Shown here: positions 51,083-62,165 of the stretch, one piece after another
Layout: each line of letters opens with the position of its first letter
Position numbering within the stretch: the first letter of the stretch is position 1
NCBI GenBank assembly: GCA_040767085.1
Contig: JAXGPF010000003.1
Coordinates: 512,001-576,000, forward strand
Direction: 5' to 3'
DNA from: Kiritimatiellia bacterium
GTDB lineage: Bacteria; Verrucomicrobiota; Kiritimatiellia; JAAZAB01
DNA: 64,000 nucleotides
Program-made: the position numbers and the translations under genes
Notes under the pieces: generated by a model
Seen by the model: only the letters and a program-made list of their open reading frames with translations
Told to the model about the DNA's origin: nothing
The model's database searches: none

Positions 51083-51194
51083 CGTTATGCCTGGATGAAC
51101 CATGCAATCGGATCAATTCCAGGCAAGGAGGACCAGGACGGCATTGAGAACCAGCAGAGGCGACGGATCAACCCATAGCACAGGAGCGCATATC

Positions 51195-51851
51195 ATGCAA
51201 AAGAAGATTCTATGTCTGGCATTAACCGCGGCCATGCTCGGCACAGGGGCGTGGGCGGAAGAGGCGTGCAAAGCCGGTAAAAGCAAAGCCCATTGGGAAC
51301 AGCAAAAACAGGAGCGCCAGGCGCACCGCAATCAAATGCGCGAGGAAACCAAGGCCTTCCATGAGTCCCTCAAGGGGCTGCCGGAGTCCGAGCGCTTGCA
51401 GGCCATGCAGGAATACGCCGAGGCGCGTTACCAGAAAAACCTCACCTTTAATGCCCAGCAATACCAGGAAAACCTGGCCGGGCTGAAGGAAAACCTGGCG
51501 GCCAACGCCAAGCTGACCGATGCCCAGCGGACGGAAATCATTGCCTGCTTCGAGAAGCAACACCTCGAAAACACGGAATTCAACGCCCAGCGCCATGCGG
51601 CTAACCAGGCCTTCATGCAGTCATTAATGCAGGACACCAGCCTGACCCCCGAACAGCGCCGGCAAAAGATGAAAGAACACCGCCGCGCCGACGCGGCCGA
51701 GCGTAAGGCGCACCGCGAGCAGCAGCAGTCCGCCCGCAAGGCCTGCCGGGAAAAAGCCTGCCCGGCATCAGCGGATTGCCAGGCGGATGCCAAACCGGGG
51801 AAAAAGGGCTGCCCGAAAAACTGCCAGTCGGGCCCGCAGGCTGAAGAGTAA
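51195..51851 (+). CDS. Exported helical protein with LTxxQ motifs (Spy/CpxP-like)
   Basis: AGGAG RBS; signal peptide; charged helical composition; LTDAQ and LTPEQ. Confidence 0.6.
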   Translation: MQKKILCLALTAAMLGTGAWAEEACKAGKSKAHWEQQKQERQAHRNQMREETKAFHESLKGLPESERLQAMQEYAEARYQKNLTFNAQQYQENLAGLKENLAANAKLTDAQRTEIIACFEKQHLENTEFNAQRHAANQAFMQSLMQDTSLTPEQRRQKMKEHRRADAAERKAHREQQQSARKACREKACPASADCQADAKPGKKGCPKNCQSGPQAEE

Positions 51852-51880
51852 CCGCCCTGCCGGCAGATCGGGAACGGCGC

Positions 51881-52906
51881 ATGGCCATGTTTAATCATGT
51901 TCCGATTTTAATGCCGCGGCGGTGGCTGGGGCCGGCCGCCGCCGCGGTCATCGTGCTGGCCGCCGCCGGCCTGCTGGCCGGCCATTACCGGATGCTGCTG
52001 CGCGCGAGCGAAGATGCTTACGCCACCATGCTGTGGCGCCAATCCGCCAAAACCGCCGGCCGCATCGAAAATTATTTCCAGACCCTGCTCGCCAGCATGG
52101 CGGGCATCAGCATGACCGATCCGACGGCCGGTTTGCTGGAAACGGAATATGCGTCCGATATCGCGGCCATGCAGCGGTTGGACGATACGGGCAGCGTTAC
52201 CGGCAACTGGACTCCGCATCCTGAAACAGCGGCCGCCTGGCCCGCGGAGCTGACTCCCGCGCAATGGGACCAACTGCAACAGGGCTTGCCCGTGGTGGCC
52301 AGCCATGCCGCTCCCCGCGATGCGCATTTCATTACCATCCACGCGCCGGTTTTCCAGGGCGCTGCCATCGCCGGCGCTGTCGGCGTCCTGATCGACGCCG
52401 AGACCGTGATCTGGCGCTGTTTCCCGCCCCTGGATGAACCGCTGGTGGCCGGATTCGCCTTGTACGCTGAAAACGGCCAGGCCTTCGCCGAAGCCGCGCG
52501 GCCGGAAGCCGTCGGACACTTGCAGCGCGGCAAGGTGTTGCGGACCGGGCCCTTGTGGGGGGCGCCGGAAAGCGGCATGGCCGGCTACCGGCTGGTGCAG
52601 CATGCCGGCGCGCGTTACCTTGCGGCCACTGCGCCGGCCATGCTGCCCGGCCAGACCACCTGGCTGGCAGCCAGTTCCATCGCCGGCGCCACGGCGGCGA
52701 CTGCTCCGCGCGCCCTGATGAAACGCCTGGCCCGGCGCGGTTTGGGCGGATTGCTGCTGGGGATAGTCCTGTGGGCGGGCGGCGCCTGGGGCTGGCGGCG
52801 CCGGGCGCAATGGACGGGCTGGTGGCGGGAAATGAAACGCAAAATCGGCGCGCGCGCGACGTCCGGCAGCAGCCGGACCGCATCTCGCGAACCGCCCGCT
52901 CCCTGA
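51881..52906 (+). CDS. Membrane protein with Cache-like periplasmic domain, no output domain
   Basis: TM, helical segment, ITIHAPVF..AIAGAVGVLID, TM, short basic tail. Confidence 0.55.
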   Translation: MAMFNHVPILMPRRWLGPAAAAVIVLAAAGLLAGHYRMLLRASEDAYATMLWRQSAKTAGRIENYFQTLLASMAGISMTDPTAGLLETEYASDIAAMQRLDDTGSVTGNWTPHPETAAAWPAELTPAQWDQLQQGLPVVASHAAPRDAHFITIHAPVFQGAAIAGAVGVLIDAETVIWRCFPPLDEPLVAGFALYAENGQAFAEAARPEAVGHLQRGKVLRTGPLWGAPESGMAGYRLVQHAGARYLAATAPAMLPGQTTWLAASSIAGATAATAPRALMKRLARRGLGGLLLGIVLWAGGAWGWRRRAQWTGWWREMKRKIGARATSGSSRTASREPPAP

Positions 52907-54313
52907 TCAACCCGCATCTGCCGGAACGCCGTCTTCCGCGGCCGGCGCCAATTCCCGCGGCAGGCTGTCCACCGTATTCAACGGCGTCAGTTCCTTCCGC
53001 GCATCCGCCGCTTGCAAATCCTGAAAACGCCGGGCGCTGACAAGCACCCGGCGTTCGAAAGTGCCGGCGGTCTGATTATACGCCGCCACGGCCTGGGCCA
53101 ACGCCCGCCCCACCCGGCTGAAATGCCCTTCCAGGTCGGCGATCCGGCCGTAAAGTTCGCGGCCTAAATCGCTGATAGCCTGGGCGTTGGCGGCCAGATT
53201 TTCCTGGCGCCAGCCGTAGGCCACGGCCTTCAACAAGGCAATCAACGTCGTCGGCGTGGCCAGGATCACGCGCTGCTCCACGCCCGTTTCGATCAAGGCG
53301 GGATCTTTTTCCAGCGCGGCGCTGAAAAAACTTTCGCCCGGCAGGAACAAAACTACAAATTCCGGCGCGGGTTGGAACTGCTCCCAATACGATTTGCGGC
53401 TCAAGGCGGCAATATGCTCGCGCACATGCCGGGCATGATCCTGGAGGCGCGCCTGCCGCACCGTTTCGTCCTGCGCCTCAACGGCTTCCAGGTAGGCGGA
53501 AAGCACCGCCTTGGAATCCACCACAATGCGCTTGTCGCCGGGCAGATGCACGATCAAATCCGGCCGCAGGCGCCCGGTTTCGGCGTTCACGCTTTGCTGT
53601 TCCTGGAAATCGCAATGATCCAGCATGCCGGCCATCTCCACCACGCGCTTGAGCTGGATTTCGCCCCAGCGCCCGCGCACGCTCGGGGCGCGCAAGGCCC
53701 GTGACAGGTTGGCCGTTTCGTCCCGCAGGCGCGCCTGCACTTCCAGGAGCCCGCGCACCTGCTGCTGCAAGCCTTCGTAGGCGGCGGCGCGCGCGGTTTC
53801 CAACGCCCGCACCTGCGCATCGAATTTCTCAAGGGTATCCCGCACCGGCTGCACCAGCTGCGCAACGGCCTGCTGACGCCGCTCCAGATCGCCGCGCGCC
53901 GCGGTCTGAAATTGTTCCAGGTTGGCGCGCGCCAGCGCGAGGAAAGCCTGGTTATTGCCGCGCAGCGCCTCGGCGGAAAGCGCCTGAAAGGTTTCCGTCA
54001 GCCGGGTGCGCGCTTCTTCCAGTAAAGCCAGTTTTTCGCGGGCGGATTCGCGTTCCTTGACCAGGGTGGCGTTCAAGGCGGCGCGCTCCGCACAGCCGGC
54101 CGCATGCTCTTCGCGCAATCCGTCCAGCCGCGCGGCCTGCCGCTGCAATTCCTCCTTCAGTTCCCGGGTCCGTTGTTCCGCCGCGGCCAGTTTCTCGCCT
54201 AAAACCGATACCGCGCGCGCCTGGCGTTCCGACAGCCAGAGCCTGGCCAGGCCCCACGCCGCTAAAGCGCCCGTCGCCAGCCCGATGACCAACCAGATCC
54301 AATTCTCGTTCAT
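52907..54313 (-). CDS. rmuC: DNA recombination protein RmuC
   Basis: N-terminal TM and coiled coil; [34 protein letters not shown]. Confidence 0.95.
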   Translation of the reverse strand: MNENWIWLVIGLATGALAAWGLARLWLSERQARAVSVLGEKLAAAEQRTRELKEELQRQAARLDGLREEHAAGCAERAALNATLVKERESAREKLALLEEARTRLTETFQALSAEALRGNNQAFLALARANLEQFQTAARGDLERRQQAVAQLVQPVRDTLEKFDAQVRALETARAAAYEGLQQQVRGLLEVQARLRDETANLSRALRAPSVRGRWGEIQLKRVVEMAGMLDHCDFQEQQSVNAETGRLRPDLIVHLPGDKRIVVDSKAVLSAYLEAVEAQDETVRQARLQDHARHVREHIAALSRKSYWEQFQPAPEFVVLFLPGESFFSAALEKDPALIETGVEQRVILATPTTLIALLKAVAYGWRQENLAANAQAISDLGRELYGRIADLEGHFSRVGRALAQAVAAYNQTAGTFERRVLVSARRFQDLQAADARKELTPLNTVDSLPRELAPAAEDGVPADAG

Positions 54314-56364
54314 CGCCTTCCTGCCCCGCGTTTTTCAAACCTGTGAAACACCAGCGCCGTCCGCGCCGGCAGATAAACCGGCAAAACATGGTCCCCGGCG
54401 CCGCGGCCCGGTTGGGTGGCGTAAACCCGGCCATCCTCTACCCGGCCAAAACCGCCGAAATAACGGGCATCCGTATCCAGGAGCAGCCGGTATTCGCCCG
54501 GGCTGGCCGCCACGGTCAAATCCGGATAAGACCGGCTGGGATTAAAATTGAAGACAAACAGCAGGCGGGCGCGTTCAAAGCCCAAAACCTGGCCGGCGCA
54601 GTCTTCCAGCCGCAGCCGGGGATGCGCATCTTCCAGCAAATGCGTCAACCGGGCCAACTCGATCATGGCTCTGTCAAAATCCGCCAGGAAACGATAGACC
54701 AGCGCCGGATCGTCGCGCAGCCCCCATTGCCGGCGCGCATAGTGATACGACCAGTGATTGCCCGCGCGCGGAAAATCGATCCATTCCGGATGGCCGAATT
54801 CATTGCCCATGAAATTCAAATAGCCATGGCCGGCGGCGGCCAGGGTGATCAGCCGGATCATTTTGTGCAGCGCCAGGCCGCGGTCCACTTTCAGGTTCCG
54901 CCGGTCCGCCGCCATGTGGTCGTACATATCGCGCTCGATCAGGCGGAAAATCAAGGTCTGGTCCCCTACCAGCGCCTGGTCGTGCGATTCGGCGTAACTG
55001 ATCGTCCGCTCGTCCGCGCGGCGGTTGGTCAATTCATGCCACAAGCCGCCCATGTGCCATGCTTCATCGGGAGTATGCTTGATCAGTTTGATCCAGTAAT
55101 CCGGAATCCCCATGGCCAACCGGTAATCGAAATCCGCGCCGGCGCGTTCCGCGGGCGCCGCCAGCCCGGGCATACCGCTGACGTCTTCGGCAATCGTGAT
55201 GGCATCCGGGCGGACGGCATGGATCACCCGGTTGGCCAGGGTCAGATAAACCAGCGCCTGCTCGTCAACGCTTTCGTCGAAATAATCCCTGTAATCCGTA
55301 AATGCCTTGTTCATCCCGTGATGGCGGTACGCCATGCTGGTGATGCCGTCGAAGCGATACCCGTCGAAATGATACTCATCCAGCCAGAACCGGCAGTTGG
55401 AAAGCAGGAAATGCAGCACCTCGGGCTTGCCGTAATCGAAGCAGCGGGAATCCCACAAGGCATGCTCGCCGCGCGGTCCAGCGTGGAAATACTGGTATAG
55501 CGTGCCATCAAACCGGCTCAGCCCCTCGACCTCGTTGCGGGCGGCGTGCGAGTGGATTAAATCCATAATGACGGCCAGGCCCGCCCCATGGGCGGCGTCC
55601 ACCAGCGCCTTCAATTCTTCCGGCGGACCGAACCGCGAGGAAGCGGCGAAATAATTGGTGACATGGTAGCCAAAGGAACCGTAATACGGATGTTCCTGCA
55701 CCGCCATCAATTGTATGACATTATAGCCGGCGTCCACGATGCGCGGCAAAACCTGCTCCCGGAATTCCCGGTACGTGCCAACCCGTCCCTCCGGGAGCGC
55801 CATGCCAACGTGCGCCTCGTAAATCAGGGGCGGATCCGGCGGCCGGCGGTAATCCGGATGGCGCCAGACATACGGATGCGGGGGATCCCAGATCTGCGCA
55901 TTGAAACTCCTGGTGTTTTCGTCCTGCACCGCCCGGCGCGTGTAAGCCGGCAGGCGTTCGCCGCCGCCGCCCGGCCATTCCAGACGCAAGCGGTATAAAT
56001 CGCCATGGCACAGGCGCTCCCGCGGCACGCGCAATTCCCAGATGCCGGCCGGCAGGGAGTTGAAAGAAAAATCCGGGTGTTCCCGCCAGCCGGAGAAACC
56101 GCCGATCAGGTGCATGCGGGTGGCATTGGGCGCCCACTCGCGCAAAACCCATTCCCCGCCGCAGCGATGCAGGCCGAAATAGTTATGGCCGGCAGCGAAG
56201 TCCGCCAGCGGCTGCCGGCCGCCGGTCAAGCGCTGTTCCATTTCCCGGACAGCGCCAGCCCGCTGCAGGATCCGCTCGACATGGGGAGCTAAATACGGAT
56301 CTTCCGCATAAAAAGGGCGGCATGCCCGGGGTCGGCGTCTGCGTCCGGGGGATGCATTTTGCAC
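54310..56364 (-). CDS. glgB: 1,4-alpha-glucan branching enzyme (GH13_8, eukaryote-like type)
   Basis: [52 protein letters not shown]; start uncertain (GTG 56364 or TTG 56391). Confidence 0.93.
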   Translation of the reverse strand: MQNASPGRRRRPRACRPFYAEDPYLAPHVERILQRAGAVREMEQRLTGGRQPLADFAAGHNYFGLHRCGGEWVLREWAPNATRMHLIGGFSGWREHPDFSFNSLPAGIWELRVPRERLCHGDLYRLRLEWPGGGGERLPAYTRRAVQDENTRSFNAQIWDPPHPYVWRHPDYRRPPDPPLIYEAHVGMALPEGRVGTYREFREQVLPRIVDAGYNVIQLMAVQEHPYYGSFGYHVTNYFAASSRFGPPEELKALVDAAHGAGLAVIMDLIHSHAARNEVEGLSRFDGTLYQYFHAGPRGEHALWDSRCFDYGKPEVLHFLLSNCRFWLDEYHFDGYRFDGITSMAYRHHGMNKAFTDYRDYFDESVDEQALVYLTLANRVIHAVRPDAITIAEDVSGMPGLAAPAERAGADFDYRLAMGIPDYWIKLIKHTPDEAWHMGGLWHELTNRRADERTISYAESHDQALVGDQTLIFRLIERDMYDHMAADRRNLKVDRGLALHKMIRLITLAAAGHGYLNFMGNEFGHPEWIDFPRAGNHWSYHYARRQWGLRDDPALVYRFLADFDRAMIELARLTHLLEDAHPRLRLEDCAGQVLGFERARLLFVFNFNPSRSYPDLTVAASPGEYRLLLDTDARYFGGFGRVEDGRVYATQPGRGAGDHVLPVYLPARTALVFHRFEKRGAGRR

Positions 56365-56401
56365 GCGCGGACAATTTCCTGTCGCCGGCAATTTAATGCA
56401 A

Positions 56402-56701
56402 TTACTCCACCGTGACCACGCTGTTCAAGGTGCCCAGCGAATTGCGCACCCAGTTCTGGCATTCCGGGTCCACCATCCAACTGCCGTTGACCACGAATTT
56501 ATACTCGTATTGGCCCTTGGGCAACACCAGGGTGATGGAGTACTTGCCGCTGTCGCGGGCATCTTTCATCCGGTGCCGCGCAGCATCCCAGTTGTTGAAT
56601 GTGCCGGCGATAAAGACATCGCTCTTGGGATTAGCGGCAAGCTGGAACGTTACCCGACGCGCGGACGGAGCAGGCCTTTTGATTTTCATGCTTTTCTTCA
56701 T
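56402..56701 (-). CDS. Stand-alone CBM48 / AMPK-type glycogen-binding domain protein
   Basis: VFIAGTFNNW, YEYKFVVNGSW..DP, NSVV; GGAGG RBS. Confidence 0.9.
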   Translation of the reverse strand: MKKSMKIKRPAPSARRVTFQLAANPKSDVFIAGTFNNWDAARHRMKDARDSGKYSITLVLPKGQYEYKFVVNGSWMVDPECQNWVRNSLGTLNSVVTVE

Positions 56702-56808
56702 ATTACGCGTCCCTCCCAAAAACCATGGCCAAACCGAACCTCCCATCAACCTTGAACCTTATACCCCCGGAGGCCTGAAAAGATACACTTATTCTTCTCG
56801 CATTTGGG

Positions 56809-56836
56809 ATTATACCAGGCTAGCGGCAATTGACAA
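56809..56836 (-). promoter_or_regulatory. Putative sigma70 promoter for CBM48-glgB-rmuC
   Basis: Minus strand TTGTCA-N16-TATAAT with extended -10 TG. Confidence 0.55.
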
Positions 56837-56872
56837 GTATTTTCCCATGCCGCCCGCCGGCATGCGACGTAT

Positions 56873-58036
56873 TCATTTGTAATACTTTGCAACCCAATGA
56901 TTTACCTGGTCGGAACCGACGTTTAAAATTCCGATTTCACGCTCGGCGTTTGCCGGAGAATCCGAGGCATGCGCGGCGTTTACCATGATATCCCGCCCGA
57001 ACTCGCGGCGCACCGATCCCGTGGGCGCTTTATCCGGATCAGTCGAACCCAGCAAGGTGCGAATTTTTTCCACGGCATTCAGGCCGCTGTATATCAGCGC
57101 CAGACATTTGCTCGGACCGGCTTGACCGCATTCTTCGGGCCGGCAGGACGGCGGGTACCGGCCGGTCATGAACTTGATCAACTGATAAAACTGCTCATCG
57201 CCCAGCAATGGCCCCAGCTGCTCTTCGAGCAATTTCACTGTGGGGCCGGGAATGGCGATGCTTAATTCCTTCTCCAGCATGCCCAGCACACGCGCGGAAA
57301 CCTGGCCCTTCATTTTTTCGCGCAGCACCTGGTGCACCGGCTGGTAAAATTGTTCCGCCTGGGCCACGCTCATCCGGTGCACATTGGCGGCGATGATCCG
57401 CAGGCCGGAGCGTGAAAGCAGATCGATGATGTTGCCGGGGCGGGCGTTGGGGAAACGGAAGTTATCCGGCTTGATCAACACCAGCGTGCGCTGCCAGCCG
57501 GCAGCGCTGCTGTTGCTGTCGGCGGCGTTCTGCACAATGCCGCCGTCGGACTCGGCGTGGCGCCCCCAGATGGCCAGCGCCTGCGCCGTTTCGACGGCGT
57601 TGTTGCCGATCAAAACCGCCGGTTCGAAATACTGCACCGCGCCGTGCGCGTCCACCACGTAATCGCCGAAGGTGTCACGGATGGTTTCCCCGCCGGTGGT
57701 CGCCACGTTGCCGGCGGTTTCCCGTACGCGGCGGATGGCATCTTCGCCTTCCAGCAAAATCAGCATGACGCGCCGGGGCCGGCCGCTGACCGGATCCGGG
57801 CTGTAGGCTGTGGCGACATAATCGGCCAGCAAATCGCGCGCGGCCGGCTCCAGCCCGCTGATATCGCTGCGCACCAGGCCGGCATATTCCTGCGCCAGCC
57901 GGGCGCTGGGCGCATACATGCGGGCCGCCACCAATTCCAGGCCCGTGCGGCTCAAAAACCGGCCGATCACCCCGCCGGTGCGGGACTTGGCGATCGTATA
58001 AGGATTGATCAGGACAAAAGCTAATTCCATGGCCAT
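56873..58036 (-). CDS. ndk: Two-domain nucleoside diphosphate kinase
   Basis: Two NDK folds (FVLINP...TIRDTFG; TLVLIKPD...GSVRREFG..NAAHASDS). Confidence 0.88.
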   Translation of the reverse strand: MAMELAFVLINPYTIAKSRTGGVIGRFLSRTGLELVAARMYAPSARLAQEYAGLVRSDISGLEPAARDLLADYVATAYSPDPVSGRPRRVMLILLEGEDAIRRVRETAGNVATTGGETIRDTFGDYVVDAHGAVQYFEPAVLIGNNAVETAQALAIWGRHAESDGGIVQNAADSNSSAAGWQRTLVLIKPDNFRFPNARPGNIIDLLSRSGLRIIAANVHRMSVAQAEQFYQPVHQVLREKMKGQVSARVLGMLEKELSIAIPGPTVKLLEEQLGPLLGDEQFYQLIKFMTGRYPPSCRPEECGQAGPSKCLALIYSGLNAVEKIRTLLGSTDPDKAPTGSVRREFGRDIMVNAAHASDSPANAEREIGILNVGSDQVNHWVAKYYK

Positions 58037-58095
58037 AAAAACCTCCAAAAGTATTTATGTATCATAATCCTCTTGCCAGAGCAATAAGATTAACC

Positions 58096-59316
58096 TCAGA
58101 AGGCATGCACCAGGAGGCCGGAACGTGGTTTGGGATCGAACCAGGTGCTTTTAGGCGGCATGATCAGACCGCGGTCGGCAATGGCCATCAACTGGCTGAC
58201 AGTCACGGGGAACATGGCAAAGGCCGCGGCGAACTCGCCGGAATTCACGCTTTGCTCCAAAGCCTGGACGCCGCGCGCACCGCCAACGAAATCAATGCGG
58301 CAATCGGTGCGCGGATCGCGAATGCCCAGGATTGGCGCCAATAGATGATCCTGGAGGTAACTGACATCGAGGGCGGCCACCGGATCGCCGGCCGGCGCCG
58401 GCAGACGCCGGCGCAGTCCCAGCCATTTGCCGGCCAGATACATACTCACCCGGCCGACTCCCGCCGGCGCCGGCGGCGCGTTTTCCACGACCTCGAACGC
58501 GCCGGCCAGGGCCTTGACAAAATCCCGCGGGGCCAATCCGTTCAAATCCCGCACCAGCCGGTTATAAGGCAGGACGGTCAACCGGCCGGCGGGAAACAGG
58601 ATGGCCATGAACCAGTTGCTCTCGGCGTCGGGATCGGCCGCGCCGGCGGCACGCCGCTGCGCGGCCACGCGCACGGAGCTGGCCGCGCGATGATGGCCGT
58701 CGGCGATATAGGCGGCCGGCACCCGGGCGAAGCATTGCTGCAGCGCCGGCGTATCCGGCATGCGCCAGACGGTGTGGCTGACGCCATCCGGCGCGGCAAA
58801 ATCATACAAGGGCGGCAGCGTTGCGGCCTGCTCCATCAGCCGGTCAATCGCCGGCACATCCCGATAAGTCAGGAGCACCGGCCCGGTATGGGCGCCCAGC
58901 GCGTCAATATGGCGGGTGCGGTCATCTTCCTTTTCCTGCCGGGTTTTTTCGTGTTTTTTAATGACATCGGCGCGGTAATCGTCCACATGGCAGCAGGCCA
59001 TGACGCCATCCTGGCAATGCGTTCCCTGACGGAGCCGGTAGAGGTAGCAGGCCGGGGCGGTTTCCTGGAGCAGAAGGCCGTTGGCGCGCCATGCGTCAAA
59101 ATTTGCCCGGGCATGAGCGTACACTTCCGGGGCATATGGATTGACGGCGTCCGGCAATTCGATTTCCGCGCGGGAAATGCGCAAAAAACTGCGGGGATTG
59201 CCCGCGGCCTGCGCGGCGGCTTCGCGGCGGTCCACCACGTCGTAAGGCACGCTGGCTACCTGCGCCGCGAATTCCGGCGCCGGCCGCCAGGCTGAAAAAG
59301 GCTTGATGCGCAACAT
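58096..59316 (-). CDS. DUF1015 family protein
   Basis: PYDVV, IKKHEKT, YIADGHHR, MPPKSTWFDPK. Confidence 0.9.
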   Translation of the reverse strand: MLRIKPFSAWRPAPEFAAQVASVPYDVVDRREAAAQAAGNPRSFLRISRAEIELPDAVNPYAPEVYAHARANFDAWRANGLLLQETAPACYLYRLRQGTHCQDGVMACCHVDDYRADVIKKHEKTRQEKEDDRTRHIDALGAHTGPVLLTYRDVPAIDRLMEQAATLPPLYDFAAPDGVSHTVWRMPDTPALQQCFARVPAAYIADGHHRAASSVRVAAQRRAAGAADPDAESNWFMAILFPAGRLTVLPYNRLVRDLNGLAPRDFVKALAGAFEVVENAPPAPAGVGRVSMYLAGKWLGLRRRLPAPAGDPVAALDVSYLQDHLLAPILGIRDPRTDCRIDFVGGARGVQALEQSVNSGEFAAAFAMFPVTVSQLMAIADRGLIMPPKSTWFDPKPRSGLLVHAF

Positions 59317-59323
59317 GTTTTGC

Positions 59324-59881
59324 TCAAAGAGTGTTTTGCCATTCTTCGCGTTCGGCCGCCGCGTTTTCTTCGCTGCTGACAATTTCCGCGATCTTGATCT
59401 TGACCGCGGCAACCTCGGAAATCCCCAGGCTGTCGCGCAGGCTGTCGCGCACGCGCTGCTGCAGCAACTGGGAAAGTTCCTGTATTTTCGTGCCGGCCTT
59501 GACGGTCAGGTCCAACTGAATCTCCACCGCGTCGCGCCCCGAGCCGGCGACATCCGAACGCAGGTTGACAATCCCCGCGAATTCACGGCCGAGCTTGGCC
59601 AGAAACGCGTTGACCGCGCCGACGCTGACGCTGACGGCGCCGCTCTCGTTATCGAACGACAGGTAACGCTCCTTGCGGACGCGCGCCGAAATGGCGGTCA
59701 CCCAGTAAAACGCCACCGCCAACATTAAAAACAAGCCCAGCCCCAGCCGGCCGTAGCGGCCGGTAAAAAGGAATTCACAGAACTTCCAATCCAGGCCGAA
59801 AAAATTTGCGACCAGGAACCAGCCCAGCAACAACAGTGCCGCGGAAAGCGCCAAGCTGACCAGGAAATGTAAAATTTTCAT
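59324..59881 (-). CDS. amaP: AmaP-like alkaline shock response membrane anchor
   Basis: Two TM helices plus an Asp23-like fold (GAVSVS...LQQRVR..LGI); ATGA-coupled to asp23. Confidence 0.7.
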   Translation of the reverse strand: MKILHFLVSLALSAALLLLGWFLVANFFGLDWKFCEFLFTGRYGRLGLGLFLMLAVAFYWVTAISARVRKERYLSFDNESGAVSVSVGAVNAFLAKLGREFAGIVNLRSDVAGSGRDAVEIQLDLTVKAGTKIQELSQLLQQRVRDSLRDSLGISEVAAVKIKIAEIVSSEENAAAEREEWQNTL

Positions 59882-60318
59882 GCTTGTTTCTCCTGTTTTT
59901 CCTCTTTTTGTTGACGAGTCATGATCCGGACCTCCTGCACAATCACATCCACCGCGGCGACGGTTTTCCCGGTCATTTCCGTTACCGCCCGCCGCACGTC
60001 GTTTTGAATCTGCCATGCCACATCCGGGATGCGCACGCCGTATTCCAGCGTGACGTGCAATTCCAGGCGCAGGCTCTGGTCCGGTTCGTTCATTTCCACG
60101 CGCACGCCGCGGTCGGTTTTACCGATGATATTGGCCAGCCCATCGGCAAAGGAACCGCTCATCTCCGCCACTCCCGGCACCTGCAGGGCGGCATGGCGGG
60201 CAATTAACGCGATGACGCCCTGGTGAATGCGGACGGCGCCGAAGTCGCCGGCTGTTTCCGCGGCCGGCGGCGGCGCGCCGGCGTTCGGTTGCGCTGCCTG
60301 GTTTTTGGTCTTAAGCAT
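59878..60318 (-). CDS. Asp23/Gls24 family envelope stress protein
   Basis: GAVRIH..VIALIA..A...VPGV, GVRV, EYGVRIP, EMTG..V..VDV.V. Confidence 0.92.
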   Translation of the reverse strand: MLKTKNQAAQPNAGAPPPAAETAGDFGAVRIHQGVIALIARHAALQVPGVAEMSGSFADGLANIIGKTDRGVRVEMNEPDQSLRLELHVTLEYGVRIPDVAWQIQNDVRRAVTEMTGKTVAAVDVIVQEVRIMTRQQKEEKQEKQA

Positions 60319-60332
60319 GCCTGTCTCTCCCG

Positions 60333-61706
60333 TCATTTCGCCGCCGCCCCCGCAAACGTCGGCTCGGTTTTCAAAAAATTATCCAGAAACGCCGTATGGT
60401 AAACGCCGCGCCGGAACAAGGAATCATGCATGATCGCCTGACCCAGCGGCACGGTAGTCTTGACGCCTTCGATCATGAATTCCCCGAGCGCCCGCGACAT
60501 GCGGCTGACGGCCTCTTCGCGATTATCGCCGGTGACGATGATTTTGGCCAGCATGCTGTCGTAATACGGGCAAATATCGTACCCGGAATAAATGTGCGAA
60601 TCCACCCGCACCCCGGGCCCGCCGGGGAACAGCACCCACTCCACCCGGCCGGGCGACGGCGCAAAGTTTTTAAAGGGATTTTCGGCGTTGACGCGCCACT
60701 CGATCACATGCCCGCGCGGCCGGATATCGCGCTGCTCCCAGGCCAGTTTTTCGCCGGCGGCAATTTTCAACTGCTCCTTGATGATGTCAATGCCGCTGGC
60801 GATTTCCGTGACGGGATGCTCCACCTGTACGCGGGTGTTCATTTCCATGAAATAAAAATTACCCGCGCCGTCCAGCAGGAACTCGATGGTCCCGGCGTTC
60901 CGGTAACCGATGGACTCCGCGGCGCGGACGGCGGCCTTGATCATCTTGCGGCGCTGCCCGGCATCCAGCGCCGGGCAGGGGGTTTCTTCCAGGAGTTTCT
61001 GGTGCCGCCTTTGAATGCTGCAATCACGTTCGCCCAGGGCCAGCACGCGGCCGTAATGATCCGCCAGAATCTGCACTTCCACATGCCGGGCATTGTCGAT
61101 GTATTTTTCAATGTAGACATCGGGCGTGCCGAAAGCCTGCTCGGCTTCGTTGCTGGCCATGATGAAGCCCTGGGCCAGGCTGACGTCGTTATGCGCAATC
61201 CGCATGCCCTTGCCGCCGCCGCCGGCCGACGCCTTGATCAGCACCGGGTATCCGGCCTGCCGCGCGACTTCCAGCGCCTCGTCCTGCGTTTTTACCACGG
61301 TCTTGCTGCCGGGGATGGTCGGCACGCCGATTTTCTGCATCGTGGCGCGCGCCGCAGCCTTGTCGCCCATCCGCTTGATGTTATCGGCGGACGGCCCGAT
61401 GAAGGTGATGTTGCAACTCTCGCAAATCTGGACAAAATGCGCGTTTTCGGCCAGAAACCCATAACCGGGGTGAATGGCGTCCACATCCGCCACTTCCGCG
61501 GCGCTGATGATGTTGGCGATTTTCAGATAACTGTCCTTGGCCGGCGCGGGCCCGATGCAGATGGCCTCGTCGGCCATTTGCACGTGCAGGGAATTGGCAT
61601 CCACATCCGAATAAACCGCAACGGTTTTAACGCCCAATTCGCGGCAGGCGCGGATGATGCGCACGGCGATTTCGCCGCGGTTGGCGATCAGCACTCGGTT
61701 GAACAT
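60333..61706 (-). CDS. accC: Acetyl-CoA carboxylase biotin carboxylase
   Basis: LIANRGEIA, HPGYGFLAEN, GGGGKGMR, EMNTRVQVEH. Confidence 0.97.
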   Translation of the reverse strand: MFNRVLIANRGEIAVRIIRACRELGVKTVAVYSDVDANSLHVQMADEAICIGPAPAKDSYLKIANIISAAEVADVDAIHPGYGFLAENAHFVQICESCNITFIGPSADNIKRMGDKAAARATMQKIGVPTIPGSKTVVKTQDEALEVARQAGYPVLIKASAGGGGKGMRIAHNDVSLAQGFIMASNEAEQAFGTPDVYIEKYIDNARHVEVQILADHYGRVLALGERDCSIQRRHQKLLEETPCPALDAGQRRKMIKAAVRAAESIGYRNAGTIEFLLDGAGNFYFMEMNTRVQVEHPVTEIASGIDIIKEQLKIAAGEKLAWEQRDIRPRGHVIEWRVNAENPFKNFAPSPGRVEWVLFPGGPGVRVDSHIYSGYDICPYYDSMLAKIIVTGDNREEAVSRMSRALGEFMIEGVKTTVPLGQAIMHDSLFRRGVYHTAFLDNFLKTEPTFAGAAAK

Positions 61707-61709
61707 GGG

Positions 61710-62165
61710 CTAAATCTTTTCAATTTTAAACAGCGGCTGCCCGTACTGGACCGGGCGGGCGTTTTCCGCCATGATTTCGCGGACAATGCCGCGCACTTCC
61801 GCCTTGATTTCATTCATGACTTTCATGGCTTCCACGATGCACAAGACGCTGTCGGGATTGACTTCCTGCCCGAGCTTGACATAGGGCGGCGAATCCGGCG
61901 ACGGCGCGGCGTAAAAGGTTCCGACAAACGGCGCTTTGACGATCTCGCAATTTTCCTCTTCCTCCGGCGCGGCGGGGGGCGCCAGCGCGGCGGGCGCCGC
62001 CGCGGAAGGCGCCGGCGCGGAAGGCGCCGGCGGCGGGCAGGGCGCCGCCGGGGGGGGGGCGCCGCGCTTGATGGCGATGCGCCGGCCTTCTTCCTCCAAT
62101 TCGAATTCCACCAGATCGCTGGCCAGCATCAATTCCACGACTTCCTTGATTTCGTCCAGTTTCAT
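61710..62165 (-). CDS. accB: Biotin carboxyl carrier protein
   Basis: Pro/Ala linker, VGTFY, EAMK biotinylation motif. Confidence 0.97.
   Translation of the reverse strand: MKLDEIKEVVELMLASDLVEFELEEEGRRIAIKRGAPPPAAPCPPPAPSAPAPSAAAPAALAPPAAPEEEENCEIVKAPFVGTFYAAPSPDSPPYVKLGQEVNPDSVLCIVEAMKVMNEIKAEVRGIVREIMAENARPVQYGQPLFKIEKI

Noticed and set aside
56300-56391. Frameshift at the 5' end of glgB near a short A/T run
   Set aside because: In-frame GTG and TTG starts exist, so no frameshift is required.
62050-62059. Poly-G tract in accB as a phase-variation site
   Set aside because: It encodes the normal Pro-rich linker of an essential gene and the frame is intact.
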